From NCBI RefSeq assembly GCF_001194135.2, contig NC_068982.1, positions 33,475,085 through 33,539,084 on the forward strand: a stretch of DNA of 64,000 bases, in the 5' to 3' direction. The notes beneath the pieces were generated by a model. The model made no database searches, had not been told where the DNA came from, and saw only the letters and a list, made by a program, of their open reading frames with translations. Made by a program: the position numbers and the translations under genes. Shown piece after piece: positions 39,809 to 52,689 of this stretch (position 1 is the stretch's first letter; each line of letters starts with the position of its first letter). The stretch comes from Octopus bimaculoides (lineage: Eukaryota).

Positions 39809-40746
39809 AAAAATTGATGATGATTTGCTCTTCTAAACGACAGACAAATTTCCTGAATTTGTTATCCTCAACTATCAAAAGTTAAATAAGAAAAAAATTT
39901 TCATAGAGCTATAAGAAAATAGAATCAGCTATTTAATTAGTTTCAGAGTTCCAATCAGTGCATAGATTGAAATAAATACCTGCTACCAACCAGATCTTAA
40001 AGAGGGGAGAGGGTAAATAAAAGTATGATTTATGTAGGGCCTCTGGTATGTTATGACCGCAGTGCAACTGGTCTTGTAATAGCACTTTCTTGTAAGAGTT
40101 TATTTGGTACAGACAGGCACTCAGGCTGGCAATCTGAGCCTGCGTATATGGTGGACACCTCACCTAACTCATTGTTTTACTCTTCCTCCACCACCAGCAA
40201 CTCCTCTTTCTTCTTCTCTTCTCTTCTCACCTGAAATCACCCCACCATTCTGTCTATCATAAATTTAGTAAGACTATGAAAGGTAATTTATTATAGGCCA
40301 TCAATAATAACAGACTTTCACCTGACAATTTCTGCCAAGCAAAAATGTTGTTAATATCTTAATGAAAGAGTATGTAATATTTGCGGTCTTCGTTGATAAT
40401 TTTGTTATGTTGTTGCTTGTTGTTTTTGATTTAGTTTATTTTGTTTGTTTATGCTTTTTAGCTCTGTTTTAAATAACCAACATTAGCTATATATAGGTAT
40501 ATAAAATACTAAAATTAAACCTCAAAGCATCATAGAAATTCTAACTGAAAATCAAGGGGAAAGAAAATAAATAAAATGTAAATGTTATTTTTAAATAAAC
40601 CAAACCTCTATAGCAACCACATGCAGCTTAGTCTTGTATTTATATACTACATACATTTTATTTCTGTTTCAATCAAGCAACAGCCTATTGATCACTGCTG
40701 TAGCATAACAGCTGTTTCAGTAAAACCACCAGATCATACACATTCG

Positions 40747-40777
<31 letters not shown>

Positions 40778-40933
40778 TCATCATCATCGTTTAACGTCCG
40801 CTTTCCATGCTAGCATGGGTTGGACAATTTGACTGAGGACTGGTGAAACCGGGTGGCAACACCAGGCTCCAGTCTGATTTATATATATATATATATAGAT
40901 ATATATATATATATACACACATACACACACACA

Positions 40934-41167
40934 CAGGGTGGCCCAAAAGTAGGTTTACAGTTATCACGTAGGTACTTTAAATTTCTTTTGAAACATTTTA
41001 TTACATTTAAATTTCTGTCTTACAAACTGAAAAGGGGCCTTGACAAAATTAACTAAATTAGCATAGAATAATGGTTTCATATTTTTTTGATAATTAAGAT
41101 CTAAACTGTTAATATAGGAATGCAAGAGATAGTTGAATAACTGTAAACCTACTTTTGGGCCACCCTG
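40934..41167. mobile_element. Tc1/mariner-like MITE (234 bp)
   Basis: Perfect TIR CAGGGTGGCCCAAAAGTAGGTTTACAGTT / AACTGTAAACCTACTTTTGGGCCACCCTG within a CA/TG microsatellite. Confidence 0.9.
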
Positions 41168-41176
41168 TGTGAGTGT

Positions 41177-41218
<42 letters not shown>

Positions 41219-41262
41219 TGTGTTTGTGTGTATAAATACATATATATATATGTCCATACTCA

Positions 41263-41298
<36 letters not shown>

Positions 41299-41579
41299 CT
41301 CTCTCACTCTCTATCAAACATACATATAAAACCAAAAGACAAACGCTAACAACTAAATGTAAAATGACAGAAAGACAGAATCTATTATCATCATCTTTAA
41401 TATTGATATCAATACCCTTGAGGAAATGTGGATATATAGGACTTTTAACCTCTTCCTCATATATTGGTGCTAAACTTAATTGAAAGTGTCTTAAATCTGT
41501 TCTTATTGTTTTATGATTTCCAGTCGCTCACTGCCATACTAATACAAATCTGATGGGTCTGTAAATTTCTACATAGGCA

Positions 41580-41727
41580 CAAGTGTAGTTGTGTGGTAAG
41601 AAGTTTGCTTCACAACTACATGGTTCCAGGTTCATTCTAACTGCATGACAACTTGACTAAATGTCTTCTAACCAAAGCTTTGGGAGTGCATTAGGAAGAT
41701 GGAGACTGAAAGAAGCCTGTCCTCTCT

Positions 41728-41763
<36 letters not shown>

Positions 41764-41960
41764 ACGAGCGCACATATGCATGCATGTCCCTCACCACCAC
41801 TTGAAAACCAGTGTTGGTTTGTTTTTGTTCCCATAACAGCACTTCAGCAAAATTGACCTATAGGCTTATAAAAATAAACTGAGGGGGATTCATTTGGCTA
41901 AAGCCCCAGCATGCTTGTAATCTAAATCTAATGACTGAAACAAATAAAAGATTAAAAGAT
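41580..41960 (+). mobile_element. SINE family A
   Basis: gtgtggtaagaagtttgcttcacaac head, (TG)n, tail (aaagatt)n. Confidence 0.8.
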
Positions 41961-42289
41961 TAAAAGATTCAATATGAACCATTGGCATATGTTTCTATAA
42001 CAGGAACATGTATTCTATGTTGCAGCTAATTAAACTAAACTTCATCAAATTACATCACACTTTACAACACATAGTTCCTCTCGACTTTTCAGCCATTACG
42101 TTATATCATAACCAAACAATGTAGAATTAAAAATAATACTTTCGTTTTCCATCGCAATAAAGAAAATTGTAAGACATCAAACTGTTGGATTTAATCTTCC
42201 TTCCAGCCACCTGTCAATCACCATCTACAGAAAGAGGGACTATCATATTTGGTCTAAGGTCTGAAACTATTGTCAAATCAGAGGTATAT

Positions 42290-43170
42290 TCTTTTATTCT
42301 TTTACTTGTTTCAGTCATTTGACTGCAGCCATGCTGGAGCACCGGCTTCAAGGGTTTTATCCCAACAAATCAACCCCAGGACTCATTTTTTAAGCGAAGT
42401 ACTTATTTTATCAGTCTCTTTCACTGAACCACTAGGTTACAGGTATGTAAACACACCAACACCAGTTGTCAAGCAGTGATGAGGGGACAAAGACAGACCC
42501 AAAGACACACACTCTCTCATACACACACACACACATGATGGGCTTCTTTCAGTTTCCGTCTATCAAATTCATACACAAAGCTTTTGCCGGCCTGAGGCTA
42601 TATTAAAAGACACCTACCCAAAGTGTCACACAGTGGGACTGAACCTGGAACCATGTGGTTGGGAAGCAAGCTTCTTACCACACAACCATGCCTGCACCTA
42701 TATGTCTGAGTTAATATCTCGCTTCAGTCATTAGACTGTGGCCATGCAGAGGCACTGCCCTGAAGAGTTTTAGTTGAATGAATTGATCCAGTACTTAGTT
42801 TGGGAAGCTTGGGGCATGTTCTCTCAGTCTCTTTTACTGAACCACGAAGTTACAGGGACATAAACCAGCATTTGTTGTCAAGCTGTGGTGGCACAGAAAG
42901 GCACACCCCACCACACACACACATAGCTACATACACATACACACACATATCTACATACATACATACATACACACACACACATGCACACACACACACCTAC
43001 ATACACACATACGACAGAATTCTTTCAGTTTCCGGCTATCAAATCCACAAACAAAGATTTTGCTGGCCTGAGGCTATAGTAGAAGACACTTGCCCAAGGT
43101 GCCACAGAGCAAGACTGAACCTGAAGCCATATGATTAAAAAGCAAGATTCTTATCACACAGCCACACCTA
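42290..43170 (-). mobile_element. Two tandem SINE family A copies
   Basis: Tail/head at 42290-42700 and again at 42720-43170. Confidence 0.85.
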
Positions 43171-43185
43171 AAAGCATTCATTTAC

Positions 43186-43213
43186 CTGAATGGTAGCACC
43201 TTCATTATAGTCT
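43186..43213 (-). other. Candidate 28-nt micro-exon
   Basis: Acceptor attatattgtctcttcag and donor cag|gtaaat. Reads DYNEGATIQ (phase 2 to 0), compatible with 48787-48836. Confidence 0.2.
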
Positions 43214-43699
43214 CTGAAGAGACAATATAATGTTATGTTATGGTTAGGCTGCTTCTAGCATTGATGTTATAATTAATGTTAATAGATGCTGTTAATGTTA
43301 TAAGTAATCCTGATGTTACAGTTAATTGCTTCCATTAAGGTTAAAGAGAAATTAGTGAAATGAATGAATCTCAGAGTAAAATTTCAATTTAAAATCAATT
43401 ACATCTAACAAAGAATCCAATCAAATATTGACAAACTATTGACCATAAATCTACTTAGCATAGAACTTAAAAGAATATCATCAACATAGATCTATTTAAG
43501 CATAGAATGAAGGAAACCTGCTACCAGTAACTAAGTAATGCAGTACAATCTACTCATGGTTGGGTGGTCAACAACCATATTGCCCCACCACTCCATGTCC
43601 TGTAGGCTTACCCAGTGAAGGTGTGTGGGCACCCAGCAGAATTAAAAATCAAAACTTGTCAAAAGTGGACAAGGTCTTTGAGAACTAATGGCACCCGTA

Positions 43700-44030
43700 A
43701 CTAGCTGTATGGTAAGAAGTTGCTTCACAACCACATGGTTCGAGGTTCAGTCTCACTGCATAGCACCTTGGGCAAGTGTCTTCTACTGTAGCCTTAGGCC
43801 AACCAAAGCCTTGTGAGTGGATTTGGTAGATGGAAACTGAAAGAAACCCCATTGTATGTATATCTATATATGTATATCTATCTGTGTGCGTGTGTGCGTG
43901 CGCGCACGTGTGTTTATGTCCTCTTAACTTAGCAATTCGGCAAAATGAGATTGATAGAATAAGTACCAGGCTTAACAAAAGAATAAGTACTGGGTTGATT
44001 CATTCAATTAAAAAAAATCCTTCAAGGCAC
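43700..44030 (+). mobile_element. SINE family A
   Basis: Well-preserved head gctgtatggtaagaagttgcttcacaaccacatggttcgaggttcagtc and CORE-like caccttgggcaagtgtcttc. Confidence 0.85.
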
Positions 44031-45114
44031 CGGTGCCAAATGTATATATCAACTCAAAGGTGGTGATCTTTTCCTCAGACAATGTTAGTGATATGGAGAG
44101 AAGAGTCATGCATTCATGAGCAACAACTTGTTTTCCGCACAAAAAGACCTCGCCTTAGTCAGCACATACATGTGCAGACACACAGTTAACCCTAATAGAT
44201 GAAAGCTGTCAAAGTAGAATTACATTCAAACAAAATACTTTGAAAGGTCTTTAAAATTTAGTCAGAAACCATTTTTTTACCCACACTTAGTGGTTCACAA
44301 GATTGTAAATACTGCATTGATATCTTTCATAGATTACAAGGTGTTGGATTTATAGAACAAGAGAAATGAAACTGAGATAAATATGACTTTCTCTAGAACG
44401 CTATAACACTGGCTACTGAAATGAAGAGATGAAGTTCTGGAAATTAAACTGAAGTCATAAAGGCAACTTGGTGGTGAAAAATAAGGGACAGTGCACCAAA
44501 AGAGACTTATTTCAATAATTATTTTTCATCTAACCATATTCTTTTTGGTTTCAGTCAATCGACTGCAGCCATACTAAAGCACTGCCTTCAAGAGATTTTA
44601 GTCGATACTATTGACTATCAATACTTATTTCAGTTAGTCTGGTAATTATTTCATTGATCTGTATTTATCAAATGATTAAGTTGCACTTTGACATACACTG
44701 GTGAACATTAACAAACCAAACGCACACGCACACACACACACTTCTACACAACTTCCATCTACCATATTCAACTCATAAGGCATTACTAACGAGTCTGAAG
44801 TTACAGTAGAACATATTTGCCAGCTTGGTATTCAGCAAAAATCAAACCCAAAGCTCTGTGGTTATAGACTTTCTTAACTATACAGTTATACCTATGCTTA
44901 TTCCATCCTTATATCCCATTATTTGTCCAGTCATTGGCTTGGGGCTATACTGGAGCACCATCTTCAAGTGTCTTAGACAATTATGTATAAACCCCAGTGC
45001 TTATTTCAATCTGGTACTTATTTTATCAGTTTATATATTTTTTTTTTTTGGAATAATTAAGATACTTTTTCAAAATGAAACAAATTTTAACCAATTGTGT
45101 TATGTCAAACAATA

Positions 45115-45331
45115 TGAGGGGATGTTGAAAAGTTGCTGGCTTTGAGTAAAAGAAAATACAGGAGGGACAGTTAATAATGATTTTATTCAATATATTCCTC
45201 TTTCAGATTGATGTACTTATTGCAGTGGTCCTTCGGTTTTTCTAAGCCTTGTAAAAGGGCTCAGTAAGTTGGACTTCCAACCAAGTCTTTCACAATGCCC
45301 TTAAAGCCAGGAACTTTTCAGCACCCCCTCA
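45115..45331 (+). mobile_element. mariner-like MITE with TA duplications
   Basis: TA-TGAGGGGATGTTGAAAAGTTGCTGGCTTT...AAAGCCAGGAACTTTTCAGCACCCCCTCA-TA. Confidence 0.88.
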
Positions 45332-45959
45332 TACATGAATACAACATGAACACAGGAACAAACATGCTTGCTCACATGACAGGTTCCTCTACAGTCGCAG
45401 TTTCCCAAGTTGTTAATAAACCAAGATACTTGCCCAGGGTACGAACTAGTAGGATAAACCCAGAACCAAGTTGATTCAAAGCAAACTTCTTAATCACCTG
45501 ACCACACCTACATTTATTCCGTATATATGCAAAGAAAGGATATAATTTTATTATCATTAGGCATCTAGAATGTTATCAAACACATAGCTGGGCAATGAAT
45601 TTAGCAGTACATCAACCTTTACATCCTACAGAGGATAAAAGGTGGCAAGACAAAAACATTCTTAGAGAGACTCCAGATATAGATGCAGATTACCTGAACA
45701 GTTTATTCCAAAAGTCTTTCAGCCAGAAAATACAAACAACTTTCAGAAATTCCTGGCCTGGCAGTGATGCTAGAGTTATTGCTTGCTCGAGAAAAAACAT
45801 GAATGTGCTGTTCGTTAAGCCCATCTCTAATGCACACAGAACAGGAAAGCTATTGTGCCTCACCTCTTCAGTATCTGTGCACTGTGGATTTGTGGAATTA
45901 TGTCATGCAATTGTAACATAGAGAACAGAATTAACAATCAACCAAGTCCATCATAAGGA

Positions 45960-46300
45960 TTGCTTTTTTGCCATTCTTTGGCCAAGATGCATACTGGCAC
46001 TCAGTTATGATAATGAGGGTTCCAGCTGATCCGATCTATGGTACAGCCTGAGTGTGGAATTAACGGGCATTGCACAGACATGTGTACTCTTAATGTAGTT
46101 CCCAGAGATATCCAGCATGACACAGAATGTGACAGAGCTTGTCCTTTGAAATACAGGTACAACTCATTTTTGCCATCTGAATGGACTGGAGTGATGTGAA
46201 ATAAAGTGTCATGCTTAAGGACACAAAACGCTGCCAGGTATCAAACTCATGACCTCATGATCTTGAGTTGAATACTCTAACCACTTGGCCACATGTTCTC
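45960..46300 (-). mobile_element. SINE family E, near full length
   Basis: Head ctctaaccacttggccacatg plus CORE-like gtgaaataaagtgtc. Further heads near 58300-58490 and 61915-61985. Confidence 0.65.
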
Positions 46301-46742
46301 TGTGTGGTGATTATGGCAAAAGTGATTGCATAGTGGATAAGACTGAAAGCAATAAAGTGAGGCATTCCCTCAGCATCTTCAAATTCCACTCGAAGATGAA
46401 GGTGGAGAAGGAAGCACTACTCTCTAAAGAATTTATAAAAGACGTTGAGTAAGAGTATTGAGAATGGCCTATATGTATGGGCCTACTCTCCTTATGTACT
46501 TGTATGTCAGAGTACACAGTTAGGGGAATAATCCTAGATCTGTGGAGTACTTTGATTGGTCCAAGGTGAATTTCCTGCTACTGGTACATTTCCTTTCATT
46601 ACTCCATTCTAGTGGGGGGTTTTTTCCATTCTCGTTTTCTTGTCTTTGTTTTCCATAACTGATTCCACATAAAATTCCATTGTTTTTGTAATTTATCCCT
46701 GTAATGTGCATATCCCTCTCCCCTGTAGCACATAAAACAAAC

Positions 46743-46825
<83 letters not shown>

Positions 46826-46895
46826 CAGCATGGAAGGCGGACATTAAACAATGATGATGATGATATATATAAATAATGGTGCACACACACACATG

Positions 46896-46928
<33 letters not shown>

Positions 46929-47399
46929 ATATATACACACATGCATGTGTGTGTGTGTGTGCCTATGTATGTGGAGGGGAGACCAGCAACTTTTATATTT
47001 TTAATTGTTCTTAGTGATACTGAAACAAAAACATCAATCTGAAATCTGTTCAGAGGTAAATTGTCAGGCAAAATATAATTTGCAGTTAAAATGTTTCCTT
47101 TTAAACATGTACTAAGTGCACTGATGCAGACGATAAAAATGTATTAATAAACAGAAATGTCTTAATTAGCTGTCACTTCTATTCTATGTTATTGTTTTAC
47201 TTTCAATAACAACATATTTATTAAACATTACAAGTAAGAGAATTGGTAATTTTCATTAAAGAATCACAGATAATTTAATACAAAATATAATTATTTTGGA
47301 AAGACACTTAAATATCAACCGGTCATAATTGAAGCTTGATAACTACATTACTAGCTTAACCTCAAAGGATGCTGAGAAGATAGAAAATAGAACCTAGCT

Positions 47400-48330
47400 A
47401 ACTCTAAAATCAAATTACATTTTAACTGTGAACGTATAAGGTGAGCAAATTACATCAAAAATGATGGAGAAGATATTGAGATATGGACTCTTGAGATATG
47501 GACTCTATAGTCTACCCATTCTGCATGTTAGTGAACATCACTGAGCCAAAGGCCATGTTCACGTGTGATAGAAGGCAGGAGGCTGAACTGGATGCTAGAA
47601 TTGCAGGTGCCAACACAGTAATGTACCATCTTTGATCCAGAAGAGAAGTTGCTATAAAAAAAAAAAGCCAAACTTGCTATCTTCAATTTTTTTTTTTTTT
47701 TTTTTTTTTTGTGCCTCTCTTCATGAATGCTGGGTAATGACTGAAAGGCTGTGATTGTGCGAAGGGGTGCTGGAAAGTTCCTGACTTTAAGGGTTTTGCA
47801 AAAGGCTTGGTTGAAGACCCAACCGTCAAAGTTCTTTTACAGGGTTTAGAAAAACTGAAGGAATGCTGTAATAAGTATGTGAATCTGAGAGGGGGATATG
47901 TAGAATAAAATCATAATTAACTTATCTTCCTGTATTTTCTTTTACCCAAAGCCAGGAACTTTTCAGTATCCCCTTGTAAATACAAGCAACCAAAATGGAG
48001 TTCCTCTAAAGGATCTCTCTAGAGTATGTTATTTGACAGGGTGTGTAGCTCCAGAACTATATACATGTGATTAGAATGTTAGTCATGCTTGAGAATCCAG
48101 CTGGAAAATCTAATGATGATTGCTTCTGATAGGACCCTATGGAGGAGGTGCCTATGGACTCCACCATAACAACCCACCCAGGAATACCAGGCAAAGAAAC
48201 TGGTTAGATGGATGGTAACTCTGAATATCAACTGATAGAAACTAGAGGGAGTGTTTGGTCCTCTTGACACAGGACAACCCCTCTGCTGTTGGTGGCATAA
48301 TATAATGCATCTACTCCACACTTTAAGATA
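47400..48330 (+). mobile_element. Decayed RTE LINE split by a mariner MITE
   Basis: DRRQEAELDARIAGANTVMYHL and AKLAIFN before the MITE; the C-terminal part follows it. Homologous to 1690-2460. Confidence 0.7.
47760..47976 (-). mobile_element. mariner-like MITE nested in an RTE fragment
   Basis: gaaggggtgctggaaagttcctgacttt...aaagccaggaacttttcagtatccccttg-ta. Confidence 0.85.
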
Positions 48331-48786
48331 CACATAATACTCAAGATAACTGGTTTATTCAATTGTGTGTGCGAAATGGTACACAGTTTCCATGTGACAA
48401 ATTCACTCCCAAAGCATTGGTCTACCCAGGGCTATAATAGAAGACACTTGCTCAAGTGAATGTACAGTGGGACTGAACCTAAAACCACATACTTGCAATG
48501 CAAACTTTTTAACCACACAGCTAAATGCTTGCACCTATATATAAAAACAATTGAACATTAAATTGTAACATCATTCAGTAAACAAGCTGAAGCTTCTAAG
48601 TCACTGTCAGTCTGTTCCTTGTAAAAGTGAATGAATGTATGTGTGTTTCTGTGTGTATAGTATTGCAATAAAATAACTGAAATGAAATTTCAGTACTGCA
48701 AACTATTTTTGGATTTATTAGTATTTGCAGAGCTTCCAAAAACCACTCTTGATGAAACATCATATATTTTTGAAGTATTCACATAC

Positions 48787-48836
48787 TTCTCGAGTGAAAG
48801 GCGCTGCTGTGCAATTTCATAGAGGATTTGTTCTTT
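48787..48836 (-). CDS. Candidate exon (50 nt) of the minus-strand gene
   Basis: Acceptor aattgttttgctctatttag, donor gtatgt. Frames KEQILYEIAQQRLSLE (phase 0 to 2) or MKLHSSAFHSR (ends phase 1); each joins an open frame of the 12517 exon. Confidence 0.35.
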
Positions 48837-49049
48837 CTAAATAGAGCAAAACAATTATTTATTGCTGGGATGCCAAGAGAATGCATTATTAGGTGGAGAT
48901 TTGCTGAAACTGTTGTAGGTGAGTGAAACAGGAAAAAAAAAAAAAAAATCTTTCATAGTGAAATGAAATCACGTTGCAACTTCACGGTGGCAACATTAGG
49001 TAATTTAAGGATGGGCAATGAGGGGGTGAGAGAAAAGGTAACTCAGAGT

Positions 49050-49052
<3 letters not shown>

Positions 49053-49082
<30 letters not shown>

Positions 49083-49232
49083 AAGAAGAAGAAGAAGAAG
49101 AAGAAGAAGAAGAAGAAGAAGAAGAAGAAGAAGAAGAAGAAGAAGAAGAAGAAGAAGAAGAAGAAGAAGAAGAAGAAGAAGAAGAAGAAGAAGAAGAAGA
49201 AGAAGAAGAAGAAGAAGAAGAAGAAGAAGAAG
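49053..49232. repeat. Pure (AAG)n microsatellite, about 60 units
   Basis: Directly visible, followed by a short (CAG)n. Source of the poly-K and poly-L ORFs. Confidence 0.97.
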
Positions 49233-49499
49233 CAGCAGCAGCAGCATTATGGCTGCAGAAGACCAGAGGGAAAATTGGAATATTATCAAAACATGTTTGT
49301 CAAATTTGCTCCTCTTTAAAAAAATATATCATAACATGAAAAGTCTTTGTGTCCTCAAATTATTTATGATGACAGGCCATAGGTTATATTAAGACATCAC
49401 ATATGAATGAATGAATGAAAATATATATATACATATATATACATATATATCAGTGGAGTAAATTATGAAAAAGAAATATTCCCTATGCTCCTTCATTTC

Positions 49500-50887
49500 A
49501 AGTACTGGGGTCAATAAAGTTGACTAACTACCACCACCACCACCACCCCACTTCAAAATTGCTATCCTTGTATCTAAATCAAAAACTAAGGAGTTAAGTT
49601 TGAAGAATTATTACAGTGTCAGGAAAAAAGCCTTATGTTATTTGTCCCAAGTCTTTACAGTCTGAGTTCAAATCCCACCAAAGTCAACTCTGATTTTCAT
49701 TTCTTTGAAATCAATAAAATAAAATACCAGTCAAGGACAGGAGAATGATTTCATCCAACCCTCCTCTCCCCTCGAAACTGCTGGCAATGCACCAAAATTG
49801 GAAATTACTTGTTGTTACAATTATTATTCAGAAGACAACCTGGCAGAATCATTAGCACATCAGATAAAATGCTTTGTAGCTTTTCTTCTGGATCTTTATA
49901 TTCTGATTTCAAATTCTGCTGGAGTTGACTCTGCCTTTCAAAGTTGATTAAATAAAAATCAGTCGAGCACTGGAGTCACTGTGACTGACTAAGTGCCTCC
50001 CAATAAAAATTCTGGCCTTGAGCCTGTAGCAAAAAGGATCATCATCATCACCATCATCATCATTATGGAAGCAAGCTGGCAGAAATGTCAGCACACCAGG
50101 GAAAATACTAAGCGACATTTTCTCCATCTTTACACTCTGAGTTCAAATTCCACCAAGGTGGACTTTGCTTTTCATTCTTTCTGAATCAATTATATAGGTA
50201 GGTACCAGTTGAGCACAGGGGTTGATGTAATCAAGCAATACCCTCCGTGAAAACTTCAAGTCTTGTGCCTATGACAGAAAGGATTTTTGCCTTTCATTCT
50301 TTCGATCCGATAAAATAAGAAGCAGGCGAGTATTGGAGTCAACTTAACATCTCCCCTGAAATTGCTGACCTTGTACCAAAATTTGAAATTATTATTACTG
50401 TAATTATTATTATTATTATCATCATTATTGTCATTATTTGTACAACAAACTGTTGGATCCATGAACATGCTAGACAAAATGCTTAGCGACATTTCTTCCA
50501 GCTCTTTACATTCTGAGTTCAAATGCCACCAAGGTCAACTTGCCTTTCATCCTTTTCAGAGTTGATAAAATAAGCACCAGTTTGGCACTAGGGCCAATGT
50601 AATCAATTCGCACCCCACCCCCACAAAAAAACTACTGGCCTTACATCATTATTATTATAATCGTTGTTATTGTTAAGTTGGCAAGCTGGCAGAATTGTTA
50701 GCATGTCAGGCAAAGTGCTGAGTGGCATTTTGTCCGTCCTTATGTTCTGAATTCAAATTCTGCCGAAGTCCACTTTGTGTTACATCCTTTCGAAGTCGAT
50801 AAAATAAGAACCAGTTGAACACTAGGGTCAATAAAATCAACTTAGCCCCTCCCCCAAACCTGCTGGCCTTGTGCCAAAATTTGAAAC

Positions 50888-50890
<3 letters not shown>
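49500..50890 (+). mobile_element. Cluster of about 7 same-orientation SINE family B copies
   Basis: ctgagttcaaat...gactttgc...ttcat motifs recur, separated by (ATT)n/(ATC)n tails. Confidence 0.85.
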
Positions 50891-50941
<51 letters not shown>

Positions 50942-51498
50942 TGAGTGAGAGAGCAGTACATGCCATCAAAGTGACACTGGGGTAAAATACATGAAACCCA
51001 GTATAGCCATCAGGACTACCTGTCTGATAAGGGTACACCAGGCGCATGCATCACAACCATATGTGCGCAACATCTTTGATCTCATATCAAGATAAACAGC
51101 ACAAGACCTTGCAGGTGGGGCCTAGTTAAAATTTTCTTTGAGTTGAGTATCCCATCTTGCTCAAAAGATCTTTGAATAAGGATTGTTTAAGGATGTTGAA
51201 CAAAACACCCATGTTTCCAGAGGTGAATTATTCAAACCCCAAAGAATTCTTTTCAACACACGGCTATGATACTCCCCCACTACTTCTGCTCGTGATCAGA
51301 GATGCACATATTGTCAGCCACCAAGGGACATGCTCAACTGGTTAAGGTCAAACAATTGACAAGCAAATCTGCAGTATTGAGCCAAATATTTGCTGTAGCC
51401 CATCTTTTATACCACAACAAAACAATGTACATGATAACACTTCCAATCAGTTAAGATCAGAAGCCGTGAGAGCCACTGTTTGGTACTGCATCAGGGCA
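50942..51498 (-). mobile_element. Probable LINE 3' UTR-type repeat embedded in (AAT)n
   Basis: Higher-GC block bounded on both sides by (AAT)n; no ORF. Only one copy in the window, so the assignment is by resemblance. Confidence 0.4.
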
Positions 51499-51507
51499 TT
51501 TATTATT

Positions 51508-51543
<36 letters not shown>

Positions 51544-52137
51544 CATGCAGCTCATCTTGTAACAACTGTGAATACTACTTCTGACTAAGCAAATGTACAC
51601 ACACACACACACACACACACACCATTGCTTATCTGTCACTCTTTCTCTTTCCATTCATTTTCCTCTTCTTTAGTTTTATTAATGTTGCTTTTGGATCTGT
51701 GCTGCCTTTCAGTCTGATTGTAACTTTATCATTTAACATGACACGGTCGACAACATTGTTATCCCAACATAGTAGTTTGTATATAGTAATAAGTCTCCAG
51801 GGAATTGAATTCAGTACTGTTTCCTTATATCACATAATGTTACAGCAGAGATACTCTTCAGATTCACTAAGATATTTTATGATTAATGAATATTTCTTTG
51901 AAATAAACAATTAATCTGCCTGTGAACTGTGGTTGTTCAAATGATATATTTGCATATATTTTATGATGTTTGCACAGTCAAACAGGAAGAGTGATAATGT
52001 GGAGTTCATACCACATCTAGTTTAAAGCTCTAGTACATTTACTAATATATAAATAATAAAGAGTACATGCATGTGTGTATATCTGTGCACATTTACTTGT
52101 CTGTCTGCTTCCTTTTTTCTCTCTCTCAATGCTTATT

Positions 52138-52331
52138 TTAACCCTTTAGCATTCAGATTACTGTCAAATGTAATGCTTATCTATTCACATTGCTTTGAAT
52201 TAATCATGCATTATCTCATAGCTTCAAGGTTTGTGTAAGGTAGGTGTGAGAGGCTAGACCTAGTCAGTTTTAAAATAAAAAAGGTAAAATATTTGGGCCA
52301 AATATGGTTGGTTTAAAAGCTAAAGAGTTAA
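52138..52331 (+). mobile_element. piggyBac-like MITE with TTAA duplications
   Basis: TTAA-CCCTTTAGCATT...AAGCTAAAGAG-TTAA. Confidence 0.85.
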
Positions 52332-52689
52332 TTAGTAAATCCATAGGAGCTGGTAGAATGTCAATAAGTTAATGTTCACTTGCACAAATTGAAGTCTTTC
52401 TACATTTCAGATGAAGATCAACTGATGTTTTGGATCGAGGTCCCACTCTCTATCAAAGAATCACAGCCCAAAATATAAGATTTTTTTTATTTCTACTTTT
52501 CATGTCGACCAATCCAACAGACCCCCAACAGAAACCGATGGTGGAATTACTATTATTACCATTATTGCTAATGCAAACCTTCTCCAATTACCTCAAATTT
52601 CAGATATTAACAATATTTTAAGCAGTTCAGCAAAAAATTTCATTAATTATTAGAATGCTAAACCATTCCAAGCCAAGTAGACACTGTAA

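Noticed and set aside
42180-42224. Strong minus-strand acceptor followed by MVIDRWLEGRLNPTV
   Set aside because: In-frame stop follows and only weak donors precede it.
43207-43223. CTGAAGA in a small hairpin as another hammerhead
   Set aside because: No downstream GAAA or stems II/III.
45595-45921. 108-aa plus-strand ORF (and an open antisense frame ending at a cag|gtaatc site)
   Set aside because: No recognisable motif, ambiguous strand; compatible with chance.
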